From positions 7,722 to 71,721 of the forward strand of contig JANNVK010000070.1 of NCBI GenBank assembly GCA_031414415.1: a DNA stretch of 64,000 nucleotides. Reading direction: 5' to 3'. The position numbers and the translations under genes are program-made. This document shows positions 9,202-20,391 of this stretch, in pieces (the first letter of the stretch is position 1; every line of letters starts with the position of its first letter). Below the pieces are notes generated by a model. The model made no database searches. It saw nothing but the letters and a program-made list of their open reading frames with translations, and was not told where the DNA came from. This stretch comes from Acidobacteriota bacterium (GTDB lineage: Bacteria; Acidobacteriota; Blastocatellia; Pyrinomonadales; Pyrinomonadaceae).

Positions 9202-10209
9202 ATGGACAAAAAACTTGACTTTCAACATCCAGACAAATGGCTCAAAGCGTCACCGTCATTTTCAGCTAACGAGTTAATTGAGTGTGAAAAATGTGGACGA
9301 AAAAACGCTCCAAATCGCTATAAATGTTTATATTGTGGCGACGATTTACCGATAACTGAAGAGCAAAAAACGTTACTAAAACCTCGTTTCAAAAAAATAG
9401 AACATTGGCAGAAAGGCTTTAATATCATCGCTTTATCAAATAATTTAGAATCCTTTTTTATGCCCGAACTCGCTTTGCAAATCAACCTTGAACCAAAATC
9501 TTTAGAACAGATTTTCGAAAAGCAGAAAAAATTGCCAATTGCCCGTGCTGAAACGTTTGAGGAGGCAGAAAAAATTAGCCAAGTTTTGCGTGAAAATGGA
9601 ATTGCGACAATGATTTTGGATGATGAAATTTTGAAATCTGAAACGCCTCCGAGAAGACTTCGAGGTCTTGAATTTACCGAAACTTCTTTGAAACTTAATC
9701 TTTTTAACACTTCAGAAATAGTTGAAATCGAAAAAAATAATCTAAAATTGATAGTTTTGGGTGGAATATTTGAAAGAAAAATTGCCGCAACTGAGAAATA
9801 TAACAAAAAAGACGAAAATAAAGTTTTGAACTCAAGTGAAACAAGTTCAGACGAACCTTTAATTGATATTTACTCTCGAGATGATGCAATCGGCTATCGA
9901 ATTTCGACGAACGGTTTTGATTTTTCAAGTCTCGGTGCAGAAAAAAAACTTATCGCAGCTGAAAATATCAAAACTTTGTTAAATAGACTGAAAATATTTT
10001 TTCCGCAAGCAGAGTTTATCAGCGATTATGTAAAAATCAGACATCTTTTAAGTGAAATATGGTTAGTTGAACAAACAAAAAATTCGCTCGGTTTGAAATC
10101 GGGTAATTTTGGAAGCTATAATTTTGAAAATGTGACAACAATAAATAATCTTGAACAATTTACTAAATATTCGAGATTGCAATGGTATTTACTGAATGAA
10201 AAAATTTAA
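9202..10209 (+). CDS. Hypothetical protein with N-terminal zinc ribbon
   Basis: CEKCGRKNAPNRYKCLYCG motif. I recognise no other domain. The 335-aa frame is open in AT-rich DNA. Confidence 0.5.
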   Translation: MDKKLDFQHPDKWLKASPSFSANELIECEKCGRKNAPNRYKCLYCGDDLPITEEQKTLLKPRFKKIEHWQKGFNIIALSNNLESFFMPELALQINLEPKSLEQIFEKQKKLPIARAETFEEAEKISQVLRENGIATMILDDEILKSETPPRRLRGLEFTETSLKLNLFNTSEIVEIEKNNLKLIVLGGIFERKIAATEKYNKKDENKVLNSSETSSDEPLIDIYSRDDAIGYRISTNGFDFSSLGAEKKLIAAENIKTLLNRLKIFFPQAEFISDYVKIRHLLSEIWLVEQTKNSLGLKSGNFGSYNFENVTTINNLEQFTKYSRLQWYLLNEKI

Positions 10210-11017
10210 TGATCAAGGTTCAAAGTTCAAAACTCGGGAAAAAACTGAGAATGTTAGAGAAACATTCGAACCACGAGCGGCACTTTTCGGTGTTTTGCCG
10301 ATTGTTGAAGCCTTAAAATCTGACAAACGGCGGATAGAAAAAATCGTCGTTGCAGATGGTGGAAACGAACATCGTCTGATTGAAATTGTTGGCTTGGCGA
10401 GAGAAAAGGGAATTCCGTTTCAGAGAGTTTCGCGTGAAAATTTGTCGCGATTGGTCGAATTTGGTGCGAATCATCAAGGCGTTGTCGCCTTTGCGGCGGC
10501 GGCAGATTATTCGCGTGAAGATGATTTGCTTGACGAAATTTCGGCTAGTGAAAATCCACTTTGCGTTGTTTTAGATGGAGTTGAAGATCCGCGAAATTTT
10601 GGTGCAATTTTGCGAACTGCTGAATGTGCGGGCGTAAACGGCGTTTTTATCCCTGAGCGAAGGGCAGTTGGGCTGACTGAAACAGTCGCAAAATCTTCCG
10701 CCGGAGCAACCGAATATGTTAAAGTTGCAAAAGTTTCTAACCTAAATCGTTTAATTGAAGACTTAAAATCGCGAAATATTTGGGTTGTTGGCACAAGCGT
10801 CGAAACCGAGATGAATTATACAGATTGGGATTGGAATCAGCCGACGGCATTGGTTGTCGGAAGCGAAGGAAAAGGTTTGCATCGGCTTGTTGCAGAAAAT
10901 TGCGATGCGTTAATTAAAATTCCGATGCTTGGCGAAATAGAGTCTTTGAACGTTTCGGTCGCAACCGGCGTAATACTTTTCGAAGCGATTCGGCAAAGAG
11001 AATCAAGTAAAAAGTAA
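10196..11017 (+). CDS. rlmB: 23S rRNA (guanosine-2'-O)-methyltransferase, SpoU/TrmH family (RlmB-like)
   Basis: N-terminal SpoU substrate-binding-like segment (GVLPIVEALKS..NHQGVVA) and C-terminal SPOUT motifs (LVVGSEGKGL, IPMLGEIESLNVSVATGVILFE). Confidence 0.85.
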   Translation: MKKFNDQGSKFKTREKTENVRETFEPRAALFGVLPIVEALKSDKRRIEKIVVADGGNEHRLIEIVGLAREKGIPFQRVSRENLSRLVEFGANHQGVVAFAAAADYSREDDLLDEISASENPLCVVLDGVEDPRNFGAILRTAECAGVNGVFIPERRAVGLTETVAKSSAGATEYVKVAKVSNLNRLIEDLKSRNIWVVGTSVETEMNYTDWDWNQPTALVVGSEGKGLHRLVAENCDALIKIPMLGEIESLNVSVATGVILFEAIRQRESSKK

Positions 11018-11038
11018 AAAGGCAAAAGTAAAAAGTAA
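11008..11038. repeat. Dispersed 31-nt A-rich repeat TAAAAAGTAAAAAGGYAAAAGTAAAAAGTAA (copy 1; overlaps the rlmB stop)
   Basis: Differs from 56418-56448 at one position over 31 nt (same + orientation). Confidence 0.85.
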
Positions 11039-11050
11039 GGAAATAAAACT

Positions 11051-11605
11051 ATGTTTTGTCCAAAATGTGGAACGGAAAATCCTGAAGACGGGATGTTTTG
11101 CCGAAGTTGTGGCGTAAATTTAGGAAATGTGAAAACGGCTTTGAGTGGAAACTTGCCCGTCAATGAAACTTATATTGACGAAAAAGGCAAAACTCGTTCA
11201 AATAATCCAGACGATTTGTGGAGTGCAGCAATCCGAAATTTCGCGATGGGAATTGGGTTTTTAGTAATTTCTGCCGCACTATTTACGACTGGCGTTGCTG
11301 GCGGTCGGGCGTGGTGGTGGGCTATGCTTTTTCCCGCGGCTTCATTTATCGCATCAGGACTTTCGCAGATGGCGAAAGTAAAAAGACTCGAAAAGAGAAT
11401 GAAAGTTAATTTTGTTCATCCTAATATAACTGAGACGAACCAACAGCAAAACGTCCTTCCGCCAACACAAACAGATTATGTAAAACCTTCGACAATCTAC
11501 GATACCGGAGAATTAATCGAACGTCCGCCGAGCGTAATTGAAGGCACAACTCGTCATCTCGAAATCAACAAAGAAGGCGAAACGATGACTTTGCCAAAGC
11601 GATAA
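11051..11605 (+). CDS. Zinc-ribbon membrane protein (tandem paralogue 1)
   Basis: MFCPKCGTENPEDGMFCRSCG zinc ribbon, two TM helices, and a conserved tail ELIERPPSVIEGTT. Confidence 0.7.
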   Translation: MFCPKCGTENPEDGMFCRSCGVNLGNVKTALSGNLPVNETYIDEKGKTRSNNPDDLWSAAIRNFAMGIGFLVISAALFTTGVAGGRAWWWAMLFPAASFIASGLSQMAKVKRLEKRMKVNFVHPNITETNQQQNVLPPTQTDYVKPSTIYDTGELIERPPSVIEGTTRHLEINKEGETMTLPKR

Positions 11606-11614
11606 TTTTAAGCT

Positions 11615-12115
11615 ATGTTTTGTCCAAAATGTGGAACTGAAAACCCAAACGATGGAAGATTTTGCAGAGTTTGCGGTGCAAATTTAGTGAATGTTTTAGC
11701 ATTTGTTGAAGGCTCACTCGTAACTGAAAGTGAGTTTGTTGCTGACGAAAAAATTGCAAATCTTTACAGTTCTGGAATTAGAAATATTATTCTTGGCTTC
11801 GGATTTTTTCTGACAAGTATTTTTGTCAAATCAATACCTGGCGACACTTATTTTTGGCTATTGTTTATGATTCCTGCTTTTTGTTTGTTAGCAAGTGGAA
11901 TTCCGCGAATCGTCAAATACGAAGAACTCAAAAAAGCAAATAAATTACGTTTGCCAGCGGCTCAAAATTTTGCTGAAACTCAATTAAAACAAGCACTTCC
12001 ACCATCACAAGTCGATTACATTAAACCGAATACAAAATTCAAAACTGAAGAATTAATCGAACGCCCGCCGAGTGTGACTGAAAGTACTACAAAAAATCTC
12101 GATTCCTTAAGATAA
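11615..12115 (+). CDS. Zinc-ribbon membrane protein (tandem paralogue 2)
   Basis: MFCPKCGTENPNDGRFCRVCG with the same architecture and tail (ELIERPPSVTESTT) as the upstream gene. Confidence 0.7.
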   Translation: MFCPKCGTENPNDGRFCRVCGANLVNVLAFVEGSLVTESEFVADEKIANLYSSGIRNIILGFGFFLTSIFVKSIPGDTYFWLLFMIPAFCLLASGIPRIVKYEELKKANKLRLPAAQNFAETQLKQALPPSQVDYIKPNTKFKTEELIERPPSVTESTTKNLDSLR

Positions 12116-12153
12116 TTGTAATCTTCCTTAATGGATGTGTTAGACATCTGAAA

Positions 12154-12705
12154 TTATTTTTTCTTTGGACGTTTTTTGTTTTCATAAAAAACTCTGCATC
12201 TTCCAGAACTCCCATTAATCGCATCTTCAAAATCAACATCAAGCCCTTGATGTCCAATTAAGATCCAATACCAGCCTGTTTTTGAGAAAAAAGGTTTTGA
12301 TTTCGAAAACACTCCATCGCGAATTTCCTCGCTTGAATAGCGGACTTCTGAAATACTTAATTCAAATGTTGATAACGAACCAAATTTATCGGAGGACATT
12401 TTGGGGTAATCTTTTGCGTTATTATCTGTCAAAAAAAAATAATTTCTTCTTTTCTCACTGATAATCGCAAAATTATCTCCGTGTTCTTTCTTAAACAATA
12501 TTTTTATAGTTTCGCCTTTGAATGTTTTTTCCGTGCAACCTGTTATTTCGTTGTCTTTTTCCTTATTGGGCTTAGAATTATCAATAGTTTTATTGATTTG
12601 TATTTGAGCCTTATCTCCAGTATTTGGAGTGGTTTGGGAAAAATTACACGAACTTAAAACTGATATAATGAAAATCAAGATTAAAAGACGATTCAGGTTT
12701 TTCAT
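12154..12705 (-). CDS. Hypothetical lipoprotein
   Basis: The ATG at 12705 gives MKNLNRLLILIFIISVLSSC (lipobox). No recognisable domain. Confidence 0.5.
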   Translation of the reverse strand: MKNLNRLLILIFIISVLSSCNFSQTTPNTGDKAQIQINKTIDNSKPNKEKDNEITGCTEKTFKGETIKILFKKEHGDNFAIISEKRRNYFFLTDNNAKDYPKMSSDKFGSLSTFELSISEVRYSSEEIRDGVFSKSKPFFSKTGWYWILIGHQGLDVDFEDAINGSSGRCRVFYENKKRPKKK

Positions 12706-12792
12706 AAATATTCTTAACAAAAGATTTTAATTAATATGGTGAAAACTTTCACAAAATAACTCTAATTCTAATCTAATTTGTTTCTGTATAAA

Positions 12793-13431
12793 TCATAATG
12801 GTCCAGTATTAAAAGATAAAGTAACTATAAATTTGCCATTTTTCAATTTTCTGACCTTTTTCAGCATCACGGTTTCTTTTATTCCATCATCTTGAACTTC
12901 GATTTCTGTATCAAATTTTAGTTGTTTGGTTTTTTTAATATAGGAACTTAATGCTTTGATTTGATCACTGATTAAATTTGGTTCACGCATTCCAATTAAC
13001 GTATCTTCAATCAACTCAACATTTTTTTTATACCAAAATCTGACAGCATCCGACTTGGGAGAAAATCTGTTTGTTTCAAAGCGAAAGATTAAGGTGAAAT
13101 TTTCGCAACCAACATTTTCAATTGAGAGCAAATCACCATTATCAAATTGGATGGTTTCGTAGCCTAGATATTCAAACGGAAAATCTTTATTTTTTTCTAG
13201 TCTGAAAGTAGTATTTGGAAATTTTTCTTTTTTAATAATTGATTCGGGCTTGGCACGAACGCATTCAGGTGAATTTTTGTCATCATCTCCAACATTTTTA
13301 GTCTTTGAGGATATGGCATCTGCGGATTTTGATTCTTTAGACGGAAGTGAAATCGATTGAGATGTATTACAGCCATTAAAAATAACGATCGATAAGACTA
13401 TTAACAAAAATCTATTGAAAATATTTTTCAT
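12793..13431 (-). CDS. Hypothetical lipoprotein
   Basis: MKNIFNRFLLIVLSIVIFNGC lipobox signal. No recognisable domain. Confidence 0.5.
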   Translation of the reverse strand: MKNIFNRFLLIVLSIVIFNGCNTSQSISLPSKESKSADAISSKTKNVGDDDKNSPECVRAKPESIIKKEKFPNTTFRLEKNKDFPFEYLGYETIQFDNGDLLSIENVGCENFTLIFRFETNRFSPKSDAVRFWYKKNVELIEDTLIGMREPNLISDQIKALSSYIKKTKQLKFDTEIEVQDDGIKETVMLKKVRKLKNGKFIVTLSFNTGPL

Positions 13432-13457
13432 ATGTTTTACCTGTACTGTTGCAACTA

Positions 13458-14390
13458 CTAAAACTGTAAGTGAAAATGATCATCTTCAATCAAAGGGTCT
13501 CCGCCGTGTTTTCTGGTAATTTGAGAAAAGGTTTTTCTTTCAGCCATACTCATATCCGAAAATCTTATATCAGCTCCTCTATCTCTCAGATGTCTTGAGA
13601 GATAAATACCTTTGTTTATTTGATTTTGGATTACTGGTGTAATATCTTCTGCTATTTGATTTTCCGTTTTTCCATTTGCTTTACCTGCATCATAAACCTT
13701 TTTCACTTCGTTAGCGGCAACTTTATTACTGTAAAGATGAAATTTGCCCTTTTTTATTTGTGGAATCATAAGAAAAGCCTGCTCCGCTGCCGTTCGGTTC
13801 CCATCGGTAATCGTGATGGTTTTACCAGTAGCTTCGTGATAATCAGCAGCGATTTTTGTTAATTTTTCAACTACAAATGGCGAAAGTCTTATGTTTTGTC
13901 CTTCCTTTAATTTCGCAAATGGAATGACAGTTGAATTTTCATTAGAATCTTTTTCTTTGGGTGGCTTCACGGTTCTAGTAAAAGCAGTATCAATTTTCAC
14001 GCATCTTGCAGCACTTGTAAATTTTTCGCTGTAACAATTTAGATAACCTTTGACGCGAACGAGGAGAATTGCACCGCTTGTATCTTGCAATAAATAAGTT
14101 AATTGCGAAGGGTTGAGGTTGTCAATAAATGAACGAGAAACTTCGATTAAATATTGATCTGAATAACCTTGATTTTTTATTTGATTAAAGACTTCAGCTA
14201 CAACGACAGTTTTATTAACGACATTTTCGGCAAGTTCTTTGCCTAAAGAATCAGTATAAAGACCAAAAGCATAACCTTTATGTTTTGCGAGAATTCCGAG
14301 TGCTTCGGCTACTTCATCTCCCATCAAAAACCTCTTACTAAAAAATATAAGTAACAAAATAACGCTACTCCGAAGAAAATTTAAAGTCAA
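13458..14390 (-). CDS. Hypothetical protein with C-terminal LAS/M15-like (VanY / DD-peptidase fold) metallopeptidase motifs
   Basis: SRHLRDRGADI (H..D zinc ligands) and DDHFHLQF (HxH) at the C-terminus. The TTG start overlaps the SDR stop (TTGA). An alternative ATG lies at 14324. Confidence 0.45.
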   Translation of the reverse strand: MTLNFLRSSVILLLIFFSKRFLMGDEVAEALGILAKHKGYAFGLYTDSLGKELAENVVNKTVVVAEVFNQIKNQGYSDQYLIEVSRSFIDNLNPSQLTYLLQDTSGAILLVRVKGYLNCYSEKFTSAARCVKIDTAFTRTVKPPKEKDSNENSTVIPFAKLKEGQNIRLSPFVVEKLTKIAADYHEATGKTITITDGNRTAAEQAFLMIPQIKKGKFHLYSNKVAANEVKKVYDAGKANGKTENQIAEDITPVIQNQINKGIYLSRHLRDRGADIRFSDMSMAERKTFSQITRKHGGDPLIEDDHFHLQF

Positions 14391-15226
14391 GATTTTTTTC
14401 TCAGATCCAAACGATGACCCGAAAGTCTTTCAATAACTTGCAGATACTTTCTTGGAAATAGTCTCGAAACGTAGTTAATTGCGTGTGCGTCTTTGCCGAT
14501 TAAAATTCGTGGATTTTTTGATTTGATTCCTCTAACAATTACGTCAGCCGCGGTTTCTGGAGTTGTTAAAGCGACTTTGTCGAAAAATTTAACACCTTGA
14601 GTTTTATAATCTTCCGGTGTTTTCTCGCCAAGTCGCGAGTTTCTGGCAATATTGGTTTTGATTCCGCCCGGATGAACGCTCGAAACGGAGACATTTGAGT
14701 CTTCAAGCTCGTGTTTAAGTGATTCAGTAAAACCGCGAACGGCAAACTTGCTCGCACAATATGCAGTTTGTTCCGGTGGTGCAACTAACCCGAAAACGCT
14801 CGAAATATTTACGATATGAGCCGAATCTTGCTGTTTCAAAATTGGCAAAAAAACCTTGCAACCATAAACCACGCCCCAAAAATTAATACTCATCAACCAT
14901 TCAAAATCTTCGAGCGAAATTTGTTCGAAAGAACCGATAACTCCAACGCCTGCGTTATTTACAAGATGCGTTGCTCGTCCGTGTTTATCTAAAACTTCGC
15001 CTGCAAACCGCTGAACTTGGTCGAGTTTTGAGACATCTACAAAATGCTGTGAGACAGTAACATCGAGATTTTTGGTAAGTTCGAATGTTTCGTTTAAGCC
15101 TTGCTCGTTATAATCTGAAATCGCGATTCCGGCAATTTTTTCTTTTGCAAAACGTAACGCCAACGCACGCCCAATTCCCGAACCAGCACCAGTTATGACC
15201 GCAACCGAGTTTTTATTTAGTGACAT
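14387..15226 (-). CDS. SDR-family oxidoreductase
   Basis: VAVITGAGSGIGRA (TGxxxGxG), NNAG, and the catalytic YCASK motif. Confidence 0.9.
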   Translation of the reverse strand: MSLNKNSVAVITGAGSGIGRALALRFAKEKIAGIAISDYNEQGLNETFELTKNLDVTVSQHFVDVSKLDQVQRFAGEVLDKHGRATHLVNNAGVGVIGSFEQISLEDFEWLMSINFWGVVYGCKVFLPILKQQDSAHIVNISSVFGLVAPPEQTAYCASKFAVRGFTESLKHELEDSNVSVSSVHPGGIKTNIARNSRLGEKTPEDYKTQGVKFFDKVALTTPETAADVIVRGIKSKNPRILIGKDAHAINYVSRLFPRKYLQVIERLSGHRLDLRKKS

Positions 15227-15320
15227 ATTTTTAAAAAAATGAATAGTTTCACTTCAAACAAATTTTTGAATTTACAACGATAATACACCAAACCGCATAA
15301 ATTGTGGTAAGTTAATTTTT

Positions 15321-16070
15321 ATGGAAAAGCTCAAACAAATTCTCGTTATTTTAGCAACAATTATTACTATTTTCGTCAATTATCTTGCCGGAACTGGATA
15401 TATCGGAGGCAATACGCCGCAGATAATTTCCGAAAAATATCCAACATTTTTTACGCCAGCCGGATATGCTTTTTCAATTTGGGCTTTAATTTATTTTGGT
15501 TTAATTGCTTTTTCGATTTATCAAGCACTCCCAAAATATCTAAATAAATTTGGCGAAATCCGCACAGCTTATCTTGTTAGTTGTTTTGCTAATTGTGCTT
15601 GGATTTTTTTCTGGCATCACGATCATATTTTACTAAGTCTATTAACGATGTTTTTATTGCTTGGTTCGCTGGCTTTTATTAACTCAAAGCTAATAAAAGT
15701 TGAAACACCGAGCGACAGACTTTTTGTCAAAGCTCCGTTTAATATCTATTTTGGTTGGGTTTCTGTCGCGACAGTTGTCAATTTTGCGATTGCCTTGCTT
15801 GCAAATGGAATAAATTTTTCGCCGATTGTCTCAATTCGTCTTGCGTCTGGTTTGATTATTATTGCAACAGTTCTTGGGATAATTGTTCGCTGGAAACTAC
15901 GAAATTTTCTCTTTTCGGCTGTTATTGCGTGGGCTGTAACCGCAATTGCGGTCAAACAAAATTTGCAAACCGGTCTGACTGTAGTTGCCGCTTTTTGCGT
16001 TATTATTTCGCTGGTGACATCGCTCACAATTTTTCTTGATGATAAAAGAAATTTGAAACAACTTTCCTAA
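15321..16070 (+). CDS. Multi-pass membrane protein, TspO/MBR-related
   Basis: About 7 predicted TM helices, Trp-rich. The N-terminal segment NYLAGTGYIGGNT..TPAGYAFSIWALIY resembles TspO-like family members. Confidence 0.45.
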   Translation: MEKLKQILVILATIITIFVNYLAGTGYIGGNTPQIISEKYPTFFTPAGYAFSIWALIYFGLIAFSIYQALPKYLNKFGEIRTAYLVSCFANCAWIFFWHHDHILLSLLTMFLLLGSLAFINSKLIKVETPSDRLFVKAPFNIYFGWVSVATVVNFAIALLANGINFSPIVSIRLASGLIIIATVLGIIVRWKLRNFLFSAVIAWAVTAIAVKQNLQTGLTVVAAFCVIISLVTSLTIFLDDKRNLKQLS

Positions 16071-16131
16071 ACAGATGGTTTTACCGTCATCTTTAGGAAA
16101 GTTACGTCAGAATTTTTCTCGCCAAAAAAGT

Positions 16132-18825
16132 TTACAAATTAATCGTAGAATGTGCTGAAGAAAGCCTCGCAATCGGCACACGAAATGGCGAGCAGCTAAC
16201 ATAATCAAGCTCAAGAGAGTTAAAAAACTCAATCGAACGTGGATCGCCGCCGTGTTCGCCACAAACTCCGATTTTTAGTTTTGGATTAACTGCACGAGCT
16301 TTTTCAACCGCAATCTTAATCAATTGACCAACGCCTTCAATGTCCAAAGTCTGAAACGGATCGTCCGGATAAATTTTCTTTTCAACATAAAGCGGTAAAA
16401 ATCTGCCCGAATCGTCGCGACTCAAACCAAAAGTAGTCTGTGTTAAATCGTTTGTTCCAAAAGAGAAAAACTCAGCTTCGAGAGCAATTTTATCAGCAAC
16501 CAAAGCCGCACGCGGAAGTTCGATCATTGTTCCGACCATAAAATCGAGGTCAATTCCATGTTCGTTAATTACTTGTTTGGCAATTTCGCGAATTAAAGTA
16601 GCTTGATTTTTAAATTCTTCGGGCGTTGAAACGAGCGGAATCATCACTTCCGGCAAGACGATAAGCCCTTCGCTTTGCACTTCGCAAGCAGCTTCGAAAA
16701 TTGCTCTCGCCTGCATTCGCGTAACTTCCGGCACTAATAATCCGAGCCGACAACCTCGCAAACCGAGCATCGGATTCGATTCAGAAAGATGTTCAACACG
16801 CCGCAGAAGTTTGCGTTTTTCGGCAATTTCGTCAAGCAACAAATCCATCTCTTTTGGACTTGCTTTTCTTGCCTCAAATTTCAGTTCGGTGAGTTCTTCC
16901 ATTAAATCATTATGACTCGGAAGAAATTCGTGAAGCGGCGGATCGAGCAGGCGAATCGTTACCGGCAAGCCATTCATTGCTCGAAAAATTTCGATAAAGT
17001 CTTGCTTTTGAAAGGGTAAAAGTTTTGCCAAGGCTTTTTCGCGTTCGCCAAGTCCGCCCGCGAGAATCATTTCACGCATCACTGAAAGGCGTTCTTCGCC
17101 AAAAAACATATGTTCAGTTCGACATAATCCGATGCCTTCCGCACCATAATTTCTCGCGACAGTCGAATCATTTCCGGTGTCGGAATTAGCACGAACTTTC
17201 AAACGGCGAGTTGCATCTGCCCAAGTCATCAAAAGGTCAAAATCTTTATCAAGTTCGGGTTGGACTGTCGCAATTTGTCCGCGAAAAACTCGTCCGGTTG
17301 TGCCGTCAAGCGTCAGCCATTCGCCTTTCGGAATCGTAATTCCATCAACCGAAAATTCATTGTGACCATAATCAATTACGAGATTTCCGGCACCAACGAT
17401 ACAAGGTTTTCCCATTCCGCGAGCAACAACGGCGGCGTGCGAAGTCATTCCGCCACGTTGAGTCAGAATCGCTTCAGCCGCAACCATTCCGTGAAAATCA
17501 TCAGGACTCGTTTCGCGGCGAACCAAAATAACTTTATGCCCGAGTTTCGCCATTTCTTCGGCTTCATCAGGCGAAAAAACCGCCACGCCCTGTGCCGCTC
17601 CCGGACTTGCTGGAAGTCCGGTCGCCAATGCGATTGCTTTCGAATCTGGGTCAATCATCGGATGCAAAAGTTGGTCAAGTTGCTCGGGCGAAACTCTCAA
17701 AAGTGCGGTTTTCTGGTCGATTAGATTTTCTTTATACATTGCTACCGCAATTTTCACAGCCGCCGAACCAGTCCGCTTTCCGCTGCGAGTTTGGAGCATA
17801 AAAAGTTTCTCGTTTTCAATCGTGAATTCAATGTCTTGCATATCACGATAATGCTTTTCGAGACGAGCCGTAATATCTGCAAGTTGTTGGAAAACAACAG
17901 GTAACTGCGTTTGTAAATGCGAAATTGGGTTTGGCGTTCGCGTTCCCGCAACAACATCTTCGCCTTGTGCATTGAGCAAATATTCGCCGTATAAAATATT
18001 TTCGCCGGTTGATGGATTTCGCGTGAAACAAACGCCTGTTCCACTCGTTTCGCCCATATTTCCAAAAACCATCGCCTGAACTGTGACCGCTGTTCCGAGT
18101 TCTTCTGAAATTCGATTTACACGTCGATAATCAATTGCACGCTTACCTTTCCACGAATCAAAAACCGCCGCAACCGCCATTTTTAATTGCGATTCTACTG
18201 ATTCTGGAAAACTTAGACGATGTTCATCTGAAAAAACAATCCGTTTGAAAGACGCGACAATTTCTTTCAATTCTTCAACCGTTAAATCTGAATCTGAACG
18301 CGTTCCATGTTTGTATCGCTCTAAAACACGCTCAAATTTTTCGTGTTCAACACCCAAAACAATTTGGCTAAACATCGCAATAAATCGCCGATATGCGTCC
18401 CACGCAAAACGCTCGTTTCCAGTCTGTTTCGCCAAACCGATAACCGTTTCATCATTTAAACCAAGATTCAAAACCGTGTCCATCATTCCGGGCATTGAAA
18501 CCGGCGAACCTGATCTAACTGAGACAAGTAAAGGATTTGTCGCGTCGCCAAACTTCTTTCCAGACTTTGTTTCAACACCATAAAGTTTGTTCATAACTTC
18601 TTGCCACAAACCTTTCGGAAAGAGCTTTTCGCCTTCGTGATATGCTTTGCAACAATCAGTTGTTACAATAAATCCGGGCGGAACTGGCAAGCCAAAACTT
18701 GTCATTTCGACCAAAGCCGCACCTTTTCCGCCAAAAAGAAGTTTCGGCGTTTTGGTTGTCGTTTCATCACATTCTTCGAAAAGATATGTCCAAGTTTTAT
18801 TAGAAGTTGTTTGTTGCGTTACCAT
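16132..18825 (-). CDS. ppdK: Pyruvate, phosphate dikinase
   Basis: 897 aa with GGKGAALVEM, the phospho-His motif GGMTSHAAVVARGMGKPCIVG, and a C-terminal PEP-utilising TIM-barrel motif (GLCRTEHMF). Confidence 0.95.
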   Translation of the reverse strand: MVTQQTTSNKTWTYLFEECDETTTKTPKLLFGGKGAALVEMTSFGLPVPPGFIVTTDCCKAYHEGEKLFPKGLWQEVMNKLYGVETKSGKKFGDATNPLLVSVRSGSPVSMPGMMDTVLNLGLNDETVIGLAKQTGNERFAWDAYRRFIAMFSQIVLGVEHEKFERVLERYKHGTRSDSDLTVEELKEIVASFKRIVFSDEHRLSFPESVESQLKMAVAAVFDSWKGKRAIDYRRVNRISEELGTAVTVQAMVFGNMGETSGTGVCFTRNPSTGENILYGEYLLNAQGEDVVAGTRTPNPISHLQTQLPVVFQQLADITARLEKHYRDMQDIEFTIENEKLFMLQTRSGKRTGSAAVKIAVAMYKENLIDQKTALLRVSPEQLDQLLHPMIDPDSKAIALATGLPASPGAAQGVAVFSPDEAEEMAKLGHKVILVRRETSPDDFHGMVAAEAILTQRGGMTSHAAVVARGMGKPCIVGAGNLVIDYGHNEFSVDGITIPKGEWLTLDGTTGRVFRGQIATVQPELDKDFDLLMTWADATRRLKVRANSDTGNDSTVARNYGAEGIGLCRTEHMFFGEERLSVMREMILAGGLGEREKALAKLLPFQKQDFIEIFRAMNGLPVTIRLLDPPLHEFLPSHNDLMEELTELKFEARKASPKEMDLLLDEIAEKRKLLRRVEHLSESNPMLGLRGCRLGLLVPEVTRMQARAIFEAACEVQSEGLIVLPEVMIPLVSTPEEFKNQATLIREIAKQVINEHGIDLDFMVGTMIELPRAALVADKIALEAEFFSFGTNDLTQTTFGLSRDDSGRFLPLYVEKKIYPDDPFQTLDIEGVGQLIKIAVEKARAVNPKLKIGVCGEHGGDPRSIEFFNSLELDYVSCSPFRVPIARLSSAHSTINL

Positions 18826-18897
18826 AATTTTTTTTGGTTAAAGTCTCAATATTTAGTTGAGTATAACGTGGTATTGTTGAAGTTACAAGAAAGTCTT

Positions 18898-20361
<1,464 letters not shown>

Positions 20362-20391
20362 AAACCAACGAATCTATAGATTTGTCGTCAT

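Noticed and set aside
16132-18825. Several 60-150-aa ORFs in other frames within ppdK (e.g. 17260-17724, 17754-18065, 18245-18583)
   Set aside because: All are embedded in a strongly supported 897-aa gene and have no recognisable motifs. They are typical overlapping-frame noise.
18601-18897. N-terminal 99-codon extension of the aroD-aroE ORF
   Set aside because: It overlaps the 5' end of ppdK on the opposite strand and has no AroD similarity. The ATG at 18898 begins the recognisable dehydroquinase sequence.
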